Assembly (NCBI GenBank): GCA_963665095.1
Contig: OY762069.1
Span: forward strand, 2,336,001 to 2,400,000
Source: an uncultured Desulfobacter sp.
GTDB lineage: Bacteria; Desulfobacterota; Desulfobacteria; Desulfobacterales; Desulfobacteraceae
Length of the DNA: 64,000 nt
Direction: 5' to 3'
Part shown: positions 1-8,131 of the stretch, piece by piece
How the letters are laid out: each line of letters opens with the position of its first letter
Numbering within the stretch: the stretch's first letter is position 1
Made by a program: the position numbers and the translations under genes
The notes under the pieces: generated by a model
Database searches by the model: none
What the model was told of the DNA's origin: nothing
Seen by the model: only the letters and a program-made list of their open reading frames with translations

Positions 1-2
1 TT

Positions 3-452
3 CCCCACCTGCCCATCCGGATGAAGGAACACAGCCGCAGAGGCGCTGCCATGGCCGAAATGCTTAAAGACATGGGCGTAAAAGTCACCTATCCTGGCCT
101 GCCGGACCATCCCCAGAACAAGCTGGCAGGCCAGATATCCAACGAGAACTACGGCCTTGGCGGTATCCTGGCCATTGACTGCGGATCCCGGGAAAAAGCC
201 GAGACGCTGATGGATGTGCTCCAGAATGAAGAATCATTTGGTATGATTGCCGTCTCTCTGGGATATTTTGATACCCTGATCAGCTGTTCCGGCTCCTCAA
301 CCTCTTCGGAAATTGATATTGAGGATCAGCAGAAGATGGGACTGTCCCCGGGCCTGCTCAGAATCGCTCTTGGCTATACAGGCGCTTTGGATACACGACT
401 TGCACAGATGAAAAGAGCCGTAAAAAAGGTTCTACTGGAAAATGCCGGCTGA
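3..452 (+). CDS. Cys/Met metabolism PLP-dependent enzyme, methionine gamma-lyase-like (5' part outside window)
   Basis: Frame is open from position 3 (PHLPIRMKEHS...). Motifs YPGLPDHPQ, AVSLG and GLLRIALG are typical of the C-terminal domain of the cystathionine gamma-synthase/MGL family. Confidence 0.85.
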   Translation, partial: PHLPIRMKEHSRRGAAMAEMLKDMGVKVTYPGLPDHPQNKLAGQISNENYGLGGILAIDCGSREKAETLMDVLQNEESFGMIAVSLGYFDTLISCSGSSTSSEIDIEDQQKMGLSPGLLRIALGYTGALDTRLAQMKRAVKKVLLENAG

Positions 453-656
453 TGTTTAACCATGAAAGAGGTCGGGCATTTACAGAATATGATACTTATG
501 CGTGGTTTGGGATTGTGAAAGCCGAAACCACCTGTTAGGATCTCTTTCCATGGTCTCTGCATGCCTTAGGCCGCAAATCACCCGGCAGCGTGATGCGCCG
601 TACATACGATTTACAGCCCACTTAATAGGAGTAGGCATGAAAAATTCACAGACAAA

Positions 657-1886
657 ATGTCATTGTTTCTAATTACAGCTGTCTCAACCCTTTTTTTGAT
701 TTACGGCTTTTCCGGGTACCGTATCATCCGGCCTTTGCCGGTGAGTACCAAATGCAAAACCGGTCTGTGGATGTTACTTGCTTCCTGCCTGGCAGCCCTG
801 ATATTTACCGTCATAGCCCGGCATAGATTTCCCGGTCACTGGGCGTCCCCTTTGCTTCCCTGGATTGCATATACCTGTTTTGGTTTTATGACCCTTATCT
901 TCCCCGGAATTCTGCTGAAAGACATTGGATTCGGTGCTTATCAGCTTGTCCACCTGCTTGTATCCAGATACCCCTTCTCTGCAAAAAAAGCTGTCCAAAC
1001 GCGCCCCCCAATGGACCCGTCCCGCCGCAGTTTCCTGACCAATGCCGGAAATGCGGCTCTGGTAGGTGCGACAGTGACGTTAACCGGATACGGCATTGGC
1101 CGGGCAGTAAGGGGACCGGATGTCGTCAAGGTGGACATCCCCATATCGAACTTGCCAAAACCGTTCCACGAATTTAAAATCCTACAGATTTCAGATCTGC
1201 ACATCAGCATGACGCTAAAAGAAAAATATGTCCGGACCGTTGTGGACCGGATCTGCCGGGAACAGGCTGACATGATTGTATTCACCGGAGATCTTGCAGA
1301 CGGCCATGCCAAAGATCTGGGCAGGGAGGCCCGGCCCCTTGCAGACCTGGATGCTGAATTCGGCAAATTTTTTGTAACGGGAAACCACGACTATTACTCC
1401 GGGATCGATCAATGGCTGGCCCGGATTAAACATGTGGGCTTCACCCCTCTGATCAACCAGCATTGCCTCATTGAAAAAGGAAGGGCCCGGATAGTGCTGG
1501 CCGGCATAACCGACTACAGAGCAGACCGGATCGTGCCCGGCCATGCATCAGATCCGGGCAAAGCCCTTAAAGCGGCGCCGACATCCGTGCCAAGAATCAT
1601 GCTTGCCCATCAACCCAAAAGCATCTTCCAGACAGAGCGCCACAATGTGGATCTGATGATCTGCGGACACACCCACGGTGGGCAGTATATCCCGTGGAAC
1701 TTTATGGTGCCTGTGGACCAGCCCTATGTACACGGCCTTCACCGGCATAACAGCACACTGGTGTATGTCAACCGGGGAACCGGTTACTGGGGGCCACCCA
1801 TGAGAATCGGCGCCCCGCCCGAGATCACCATACTCAGACTAACTGATGGATCAGCATTATCTTCCGATACTCTTAAAACCGGTTGA
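657..1886 (+). CDS. Membrane-anchored calcineurin-like metallophosphoesterase (YkuE/YaeI-like)
   Basis: N-terminal TM helices; motifs SDLH, TGDLAD, GNHD, AHQP, GHTHGGQ, GTGYWGPPMR. Confidence 0.9.
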   Translation: MSLFLITAVSTLFLIYGFSGYRIIRPLPVSTKCKTGLWMLLASCLAALIFTVIARHRFPGHWASPLLPWIAYTCFGFMTLIFPGILLKDIGFGAYQLVHLLVSRYPFSAKKAVQTRPPMDPSRRSFLTNAGNAALVGATVTLTGYGIGRAVRGPDVVKVDIPISNLPKPFHEFKILQISDLHISMTLKEKYVRTVVDRICREQADMIVFTGDLADGHAKDLGREARPLADLDAEFGKFFVTGNHDYYSGIDQWLARIKHVGFTPLINQHCLIEKGRARIVLAGITDYRADRIVPGHASDPGKALKAAPTSVPRIMLAHQPKSIFQTERHNVDLMICGHTHGGQYIPWNFMVPVDQPYVHGLHRHNSTLVYVNRGTGYWGPPMRIGAPPEITILRLTDGSALSSDTLKTG

Positions 1887-2193
1887 TCCTGAACTTCAAG
1901 CGTTTTTATCAACTTTGACATAAAAAATCATATCGGCACAGTGGCGCCAGGGAAACCGGGAGACCATAACTTAACCGGATAAGAGCAGTCAGCATGATCT
2001 AAATATAATTAGGACGCCATTGGTCTTTCAGACAGGGGTAAACGCTTGTGTACGACTAAAAACTGTTCATAAAACCGCTTAAACAAAGCCTCGTATAACT
2101 CCTCCCCGATAGTTCAAGATTGACACAGCCTTGCACTTATGGTTGATTACGGCATTTCGGTATTATTTTTTTAAATATGTACGGGAGGAATCT

Positions 2194-4158
2194 ATGCACA
2201 AACCATTTTACACTATTATTTTGGTTGTATTCAGTTTTCTGGCCACATCGGTTATGGCCGCTGACGGTAACCAGGCCGGCACCAGTGTTTATTCACTTGG
2301 TGAAGTCGTTGTTTCCGGCACCAGCGCAGACAAAGAGGTAGCGACCACCATTGAAGTAACCGCCGATGAGATAGAAGCCCAGAATGCCGGCACTCTCGAT
2401 GAAGCACTTGAGCTTCTGCCAGGCGTAGATGTCACCACAGGCGGCAACGGCACCCCCAGAATTAATATTCACGGATTCAAATCCCGGCATGTTATCCTGC
2501 TTTTAAACGGAATCCCCATGAACTCCACCTCGGACGGCCAGTTCAATCCCAGCCTGATTCCCACAGAAAACATTGCTAAAATCAAGCTGTCCTACGGCAC
2601 CCATTCTGTCCTTTACGGTCAGGGAGGGCTTGCCGGTGTGATCAACGTTATCACTAAAAAGGGCTCCAGTGACTTTGGATTTACCTATTCCGCCCAGATG
2701 GACGAACGGGGAAATCACTTAAGCAAGGCTGCCGCATCCGGAGGAGAGGATAAAATTGACTATTTCCTAAGTATAAGCAACTACGACTCCAATGGGTATG
2801 GCCTTTCGGATGACTTCACAGAAACATCTGAAGAAAACGGCGGCTTGCGGGAAAACAGTGATGAGGAACGGTTGAGTTTTTTCGGCAACATTGGTGCCAG
2901 TCTCACCGATGACCTACGCCTGGGCCTGACCCTTTCCCGCACAGACGGAGAATTCGGCGTTCCTTCCAGCGTTATTGATGACAATAACGACGTTTTTGCC
3001 CCCAACGTAAAATACGAAAGAACCGATGATCTTGAAGCATACTCAAGTCAGGTCTCACTGGATTATCATCCCCAGAGCATGTTCGGAATAAGAGCCTGGG
3101 GATTTGTAAACAGCCAGGAAGAAGAGAACAACACCTACAAGGATGAAAATTTTGATGAACTGACCGGATTTACCGAGGATGAAACAGAGATCCAGGGAGG
3201 AACGGTCCAGACAAGTCTTAATTTCGGCACCTATGGAAACACGGTATTTTCCCTTTCAGGCGAAAAGGACCAGTTTTCCTCCAAGGGCGAATCAACCAAC
3301 AGCCGGGGCAGGACAACTGAAATTGATTTAGACCATGAGCTCAAGCTGTACACTGCCGCACTGGAATACAGAATTGCCCTGTTTTCAAAACTTGATATTA
3401 CCGCAGGTGTGAATCGAACCTGGCAAAGCCGGAAGGATGGCGATGATGACAGCAAATCAGGCTACATGGTTGGCGCAGGCTATTCTCTGACAGATACAAC
3501 ACGTTTCCGGGCCTCCTATGCCAGAAAAATCCGGTTTCCCACCATTGGACAATATTATGACAGTAATAAAGGAAACAACACGCTGAATCCTGAACAGTCT
3601 GACAACTATGAGGCCGGCATCACCCAGGCTCTTGGGCTGAACCTAAACCTGGATGCGTCTGTATTTCTTTCCAATATTGAAAACTATATTGAAAAGGATG
3701 AAGGGTCCGGCATTTATGAAAATAATGACGAATACGAGTTCAAAGGAATTGATGTTGTCTTAAGCCGCCCCTTTGCCGGGAAAAAGGGGATCGTCAGCCT
3801 TGGATACTCGCTTTTAAAAACCAAAGACAAATCCCCCGGGACTCTGAAAGACGAACTGCAGTACCGTCCTGAACATAAGCTCACATTGAATACCACATAT
3901 ACCTTTGATTTTGGTTTAACAGCCCATGGGGATATTATGTATGTCAGAGATCAGTATTACTATTCCGACGATGCCACTGAAAAAGGCGAGCTTGGTAACT
4001 ACACCATCGTCAATATCAAACTGGAGCAAAAGGTGTACAAGGAGACGCTGTCCATGTTCATGGGTGTGACCAACCTGCTGGATGAGGACTATGAAGAGTC
4101 CTATGCCCTGCCCCAGGCCGGCAGGACCGGATATGCGGGATTCAAGCTCAAGTTTTAG
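2194..4158 (+). CDS. TonB-dependent outer membrane receptor (BtuB/CirA-like)
   Basis: ATG at 2194 after GGGAGG; signal peptide; LGEVVVSG TonB-box-like segment; plug motifs (LPGV, LLNGIP, SVLYG...GVINVIT); NLLDE and terminal Phe. Confidence 0.9.
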   Translation: MHKPFYTIILVVFSFLATSVMAADGNQAGTSVYSLGEVVVSGTSADKEVATTIEVTADEIEAQNAGTLDEALELLPGVDVTTGGNGTPRINIHGFKSRHVILLLNGIPMNSTSDGQFNPSLIPTENIAKIKLSYGTHSVLYGQGGLAGVINVITKKGSSDFGFTYSAQMDERGNHLSKAAASGGEDKIDYFLSISNYDSNGYGLSDDFTETSEENGGLRENSDEERLSFFGNIGASLTDDLRLGLTLSRTDGEFGVPSSVIDDNNDVFAPNVKYERTDDLEAYSSQVSLDYHPQSMFGIRAWGFVNSQEEENNTYKDENFDELTGFTEDETEIQGGTVQTSLNFGTYGNTVFSLSGEKDQFSSKGESTNSRGRTTEIDLDHELKLYTAALEYRIALFSKLDITAGVNRTWQSRKDGDDDSKSGYMVGAGYSLTDTTRFRASYARKIRFPTIGQYYDSNKGNNTLNPEQSDNYEAGITQALGLNLNLDASVFLSNIENYIEKDEGSGIYENNDEYEFKGIDVVLSRPFAGKKGIVSLGYSLLKTKDKSPGTLKDELQYRPEHKLTLNTTYTFDFGLTAHGDIMYVRDQYYYSDDATEKGELGNYTIVNIKLEQKVYKETLSMFMGVTNLLDEDYEESYALPQAGRTGYAGFKLKF

Positions 4159-4206
4159 CCGATTATGCCAGTTACCTGAAACCCGGAAAGATACGGTGAT
4201 ATTGTT

Positions 4207-4950
4207 GTGAACACATTCCTGGTCTGCATTGATGACACAGACATGCCCGGTACAAAGGGAACGGGCTGGCTGGTTCAGGCGCTATGTGAGGAACTCGGAC
4301 AAAAGTACCCGGTCCAAAGTTCCGCTATCAGCCGCCACCAGCTTTACGTACACGAGGATATCCCCTATACCTCGCACAATTCGTCCATGTGTTTTGAGAT
4401 GACTCTTTCAGAAGGCAATCCAAACCCTGTGATTGCTTTCATGGCGCAGTATCTTGAAACCCGATGCGCGCCCGGGTCTGATCCCGGGCTCTGCGTGGCA
4501 GCCCTGGATGAAGCCCTGGACCGTGAGTCCCTGATTGAATTTGGTCTGAATGCAAAAAAAACGGTCTTGAGCAAAGCTGCCGCTTATGATCTTGCCAGGG
4601 AAACCGGTATTCACCTGTCCGAACACGGAGGAACCGGCCAGGGGGTTGTGGGCGCCATAGCAGGCGTGGGGCTGCGACTTTTCGGAAACGACGGCCGTTA
4701 CCGGGGCTGGTTTCACCTAGGTGCGCCCGGAGAGGTTGTAAGCGTGGCCCATCTGTGCCAATATCCATTTATCGATGAGGTGGTCACCCCCAAAGGGGAG
4801 AGCCTTCCTGAGGACACCCTGATGCAGATCGGTTCAGAGCGGACAAAAACCGTGCGCATCCATTCCAGGCAGGTGGTGGTGGCACAGCCAGTGTCGAACG
4901 GCCGCGAATCGTTTCGGACCATTACCAAGCAGGAGGCGAAACAATATTAG
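4207..4950 (+). CDS. Uncharacterised protein resembling the N-terminal catalytic part of TiaS (tRNA-Ile2 agmatidine synthetase)
   Basis: CIDDTD...GTG, RHQL..H..IPYTSHNS, SDPGLC and GQGVVGAIAG motifs. Only 247 aa, with no apparent C-terminal OB-fold or Zn ribbon. Confidence 0.6.
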   Translation: MNTFLVCIDDTDMPGTKGTGWLVQALCEELGQKYPVQSSAISRHQLYVHEDIPYTSHNSSMCFEMTLSEGNPNPVIAFMAQYLETRCAPGSDPGLCVAALDEALDRESLIEFGLNAKKTVLSKAAAYDLARETGIHLSEHGGTGQGVVGAIAGVGLRLFGNDGRYRGWFHLGAPGEVVSVAHLCQYPFIDEVVTPKGESLPEDTLMQIGSERTKTVRIHSRQVVVAQPVSNGRESFRTITKQEAKQY

Positions 4951-4954
4951 ACAG

Positions 4955-5962
4955 ATGGACACACTCCCCAGGGTGCGGTTTTATTTTTTTGTTCTTGGAT
5001 CGCCTTTGATCCTGATTTTTGCGTCTCTTTTCCTGGGCAGGTATCCGGTCTTACCTGCCCAGGTTCTGGATATCCTCTTTTCCCCGCTCACCGGGCACAC
5101 GCCAGATACCACCCTTGCCGCCATTGTCCTTTATGTCCGTATGCCACGGCTGATTTTAGGGGCGCTTGTGGGCGGCAGTCTTGCGGTGAGCGGTGCCGCG
5201 TTCCAGGGCCTTTTCCGTAACCCCCTGGTCAGTTCGGGCATGCTTGGCGTCAGTGCCGGAGCCGGCTTTGGTGCGGCCCTCTCCCTGATCCTGTTCGACC
5301 GGTTCTTTTTTGTCTACCCCCTGTCATTCGGATTTGGACTTTTAGCAGTTTTCCTTTGTTTTCTCATCGGCCGGATGACAGCCTCCACCCAGGCCATTAC
5401 CCTGGTCCTGGGCGGCATCATTGTGGGATCTGTTTTTTCCGCTTTGATCTCCTTTATAAAATATGTGGCAGATCCCCTGGATGAGTTGCCTGCCATTGTG
5501 TTCTGGCTTATGGGCAGCCTGTCACGGGCGAATTACCCCCAGATACTGGCTGCCGGCATTCCCATGGCCCTCGGGTGTGCGGGTCTTATGGTGATTCGGT
5601 GGCGGCTCAATGTTCTGGCCATGGGGGACCGGGAAGCCAGAACCCTGGGACTCAATGTCAACGCCCACCGGATTTTCATTATCCTTTGCGCAACCCTGGC
5701 CACGGCAGGGGCGGTCTGCGTGTCAGGCGTCATTGGCTGGATCGGCCTTGTGGTACCCCACATGGGTAGAATGATCACAGGAAACGACAACAAAACCCTG
5801 ATCCCCACAGCCTTTTGCCTGGGCGCCTGTTTTCTGGTGGTTGTGGATGATATCAGCCGCCTGGTCACAGACAGTGAAATGCCTTTGGGAATTCTCACAG
5901 CACTCATTGGCGGCCCCTTTTTCATCTATCTGCTCAAAAAAACCAAAGGCAAGGAGTGGTAG
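4955..5962 (+). CDS. FecCD/BtuC-family ABC transporter permease
   Basis: RMPR, QGLFRNPL, WLMGSL, EARTLG, GWIGLVVPH and GGPFF motifs; highly hydrophobic. Confidence 0.93.
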   Translation: MDTLPRVRFYFFVLGSPLILIFASLFLGRYPVLPAQVLDILFSPLTGHTPDTTLAAIVLYVRMPRLILGALVGGSLAVSGAAFQGLFRNPLVSSGMLGVSAGAGFGAALSLILFDRFFFVYPLSFGFGLLAVFLCFLIGRMTASTQAITLVLGGIIVGSVFSALISFIKYVADPLDELPAIVFWLMGSLSRANYPQILAAGIPMALGCAGLMVIRWRLNVLAMGDREARTLGLNVNAHRIFIILCATLATAGAVCVSGVIGWIGLVVPHMGRMITGNDNKTLIPTAFCLGACFLVVVDDISRLVTDSEMPLGILTALIGGPFFIYLLKKTKGKEW

Positions 5963-5968
5963 GCGGCC

Positions 5969-6829
5969 ATGACTTCAATTTTAACGCTTGAAAACGGCCG
6001 TTTTTCCTACCCTGGCCACCCGGTTTTTGCAGATGCAAACCTTAAGGTTGCCAAAGGAGAAGTCCTTTGTATTCTTGGTCCTAACGGATGCGGCAAGACC
6101 ACACTCATTGACTGTCTTCTGGGCATTCTTCCCCTTGACCGGGGCCGGGTGCTGGTTGAAACCAACGATATATCCCGGCTTTCCCCGAAACAGATTGCCC
6201 GGCAGATCGCCTATGTTCCCCAGAAACATGACCGCCATTTCTCCTTTTCAGTCATGGATATCCTGGTCATGGGCCGGGCCAGCCATACCTCTTTTTACCA
6301 GTCTCCGGGAAAAGATGATTTTATCCGGGCCAGAGGTATTCTTTCCGAGTTCGGACTGCTGCGCCTCAAAGACCGTGACTATACCAGTTTAAGCGGCGGC
6401 GAAACCCAGATGGTGATGATCATGCGTTCCCTGGTCCAGGACACGCCTTTGATCATCATGGACGAACCCACGGCCCATCTGGATTTCCGATATGAACTGG
6501 TGGTCCTGGAAACCATTGCCCGGCTGGTGAAGCAGGAGCAGCGGACCCTTATCATGGCCACCCACTACCCCAACCATGCTTTTTATCTGGAAAACCAGGG
6601 GATTCCGGTGCAAATGGTCTTCATGGACCAACAGCAGGTCCATCAAAGCCTTCCCCCGTCACTGGCCCTTACAGAAAAAAACATTGAAACCTTTTACCGG
6701 GTAAAGGCTTTGGTAACCAGCCATCCTGTCACGGGGACGGGTCAGGTCAGGCAGATCATTCCCCTTAAAACCCTTGATGGACGGCCTGAATCTGAGGGCC
6801 ACCCGGGCCCAAACCCCATACCGAAATAA
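5969..6829 (+). CDS. FecE/BtuD-family ABC transporter ATP-binding protein
   Basis: Walker A GPNGCGKT, YVPQ Q-loop, LSGGE signature, Walker B IIMDEPTAHLD. Confidence 0.93.
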   Translation: MTSILTLENGRFSYPGHPVFADANLKVAKGEVLCILGPNGCGKTTLIDCLLGILPLDRGRVLVETNDISRLSPKQIARQIAYVPQKHDRHFSFSVMDILVMGRASHTSFYQSPGKDDFIRARGILSEFGLLRLKDRDYTSLSGGETQMVMIMRSLVQDTPLIIMDEPTAHLDFRYELVVLETIARLVKQEQRTLIMATHYPNHAFYLENQGIPVQMVFMDQQQVHQSLPPSLALTEKNIETFYRVKALVTSHPVTGTGQVRQIIPLKTLDGRPESEGHPGPNPIPK

Positions 6830-6879
6830 AAACAAAGCGTTAATAACCGAACCATTTCATGAAAACAGGAGCGTATCAG

Positions 6880-7950
6880 ATGACATCTGCAACTAAAAAA
6901 TTTTGTTTTCGACTGGCTGTCTTGTTGGGTCTTATAGGTCTGTTCCCCGTACCGGCTGCGGCAGACACTCCCGTTGAAGTGAAAGATTCCACGGGAAGAA
7001 CCCTTAAGATTGACAGGGTTCCGGAACGTATTGCCTGTCTCTATGCCTTCTGCGGCCATGTTGTGACCATGCTGGACAGAGGACCTGACATGGTGGCAAT
7101 CGTCAACGGACTTAAAAAAGATCTCCTGCTCAATCAGCTGGTTCCCACCATAGAAAAGATGACGGTGCCCTCCAAAGGGGGCATTATCAATATTGAGACA
7201 CTGATGAAAACCCGGCCGGACATTGTGTTTCTCAAACCGGAAACCGCCAACATTGATGCGGAGATAAAAAAACTGGACCGGTTTCACCTGCCCTGGTTTA
7301 CGGCCGGATACAATAACATGGCGGAGCAGATGACCATCATAGAGATGATGGGAAAGGCCATTGGGCGGTTTGAAAAGGCAAAAGCTTACACGGACTGGTA
7401 CCGGGATACCATTCGCCGGGTTAAGGAAAGGACAGACCAGATACCGAACAATGAACGGATCCGCCTGTACCATGCCGTGAACGAGGCAAACCGCACAGAT
7501 GGCCCCGGAACCCTTGAGGCGGACTGGACCCGGGCCTGCGGGGTGATCAACGTATCTGTGGGATCAGAAGCACTTAAAAAGAAGAGCAATAAATTTTTCA
7601 CCGATATTGAGCAGATCCTCTTATGGGGTCCGGAGGTGATCATTGTCAATGAAAACGGGATTGACCGGCAGATCCTGACAGATAAAAAATGGGCACCTGT
7701 CACGGCAGTAAAAAACAAAAAGGTTTACCCCATACCTGTGGGGATCTCCCGCTGGGGTCACCCGGGCGGACTTGAAACCCCTCTGGCTGTTTTATGGACG
7801 GCAAAAACCGTGTACCCCCAATACTTCACAGATATCGACCTTGAAAAAGAGGTGACGCATTTTTACAAACAGTTTTTCAATATGGATTTGAGCGGGCAGA
7901 TGGTCCAAAAAATACTTTCCGGCCAGGGTATGCGAAAACCTGCGACATAA
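6880..7950 (+). CDS. Periplasmic metal-chelate/cobalamin-type ABC substrate-binding protein
   Basis: ATG at 6880 after AGGAG; signal peptide ending AAA-D; VKDSTGR..RIA, NIETL..PDIV, EQILLW.PEVI and AVKNKKVY motifs of the FepB/BtuF fold. Confidence 0.88.
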   Translation: MTSATKKFCFRLAVLLGLIGLFPVPAAADTPVEVKDSTGRTLKIDRVPERIACLYAFCGHVVTMLDRGPDMVAIVNGLKKDLLLNQLVPTIEKMTVPSKGGIINIETLMKTRPDIVFLKPETANIDAEIKKLDRFHLPWFTAGYNNMAEQMTIIEMMGKAIGRFEKAKAYTDWYRDTIRRVKERTDQIPNNERIRLYHAVNEANRTDGPGTLEADWTRACGVINVSVGSEALKKKSNKFFTDIEQILLWGPEVIIVNENGIDRQILTDKKWAPVTAVKNKKVYPIPVGISRWGHPGGLETPLAVLWTAKTVYPQYFTDIDLEKEVTHFYKQFFNMDLSGQMVQKILSGQGMRKPAT

Positions 7951-8131
7951 TACCTGGTACTTGCAACATGCCTGAATCAAATTATTTTCAGGCAGCCCCC
8001 CTTTAAGTCGTCGAGAACTCTCATCAGGTCATCGGCCTGTTCATAGATGACATTCAGGCATGCCACCCAAACCCTGCCTGTCAGAAATGGTGCTTGTTTT
8101 TGCATGGCTTATCAGGACAAAAAATTACAGG

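Noticed and set aside
450..520. Selenocysteine read-through of the Met-lyase TGA
   Set aside because: The protein already appears complete, the extension is short and non-homologous, and there is no properly placed SECIS-like hairpin.
1920..2190. Cobalamin or Moco riboswitch upstream of the TonB receptor
   Set aside because: Only a gccagggaaaccgggagacc fragment resembles a B12 element; I could not find the conserved core motifs. An Rfam scan would settle it.
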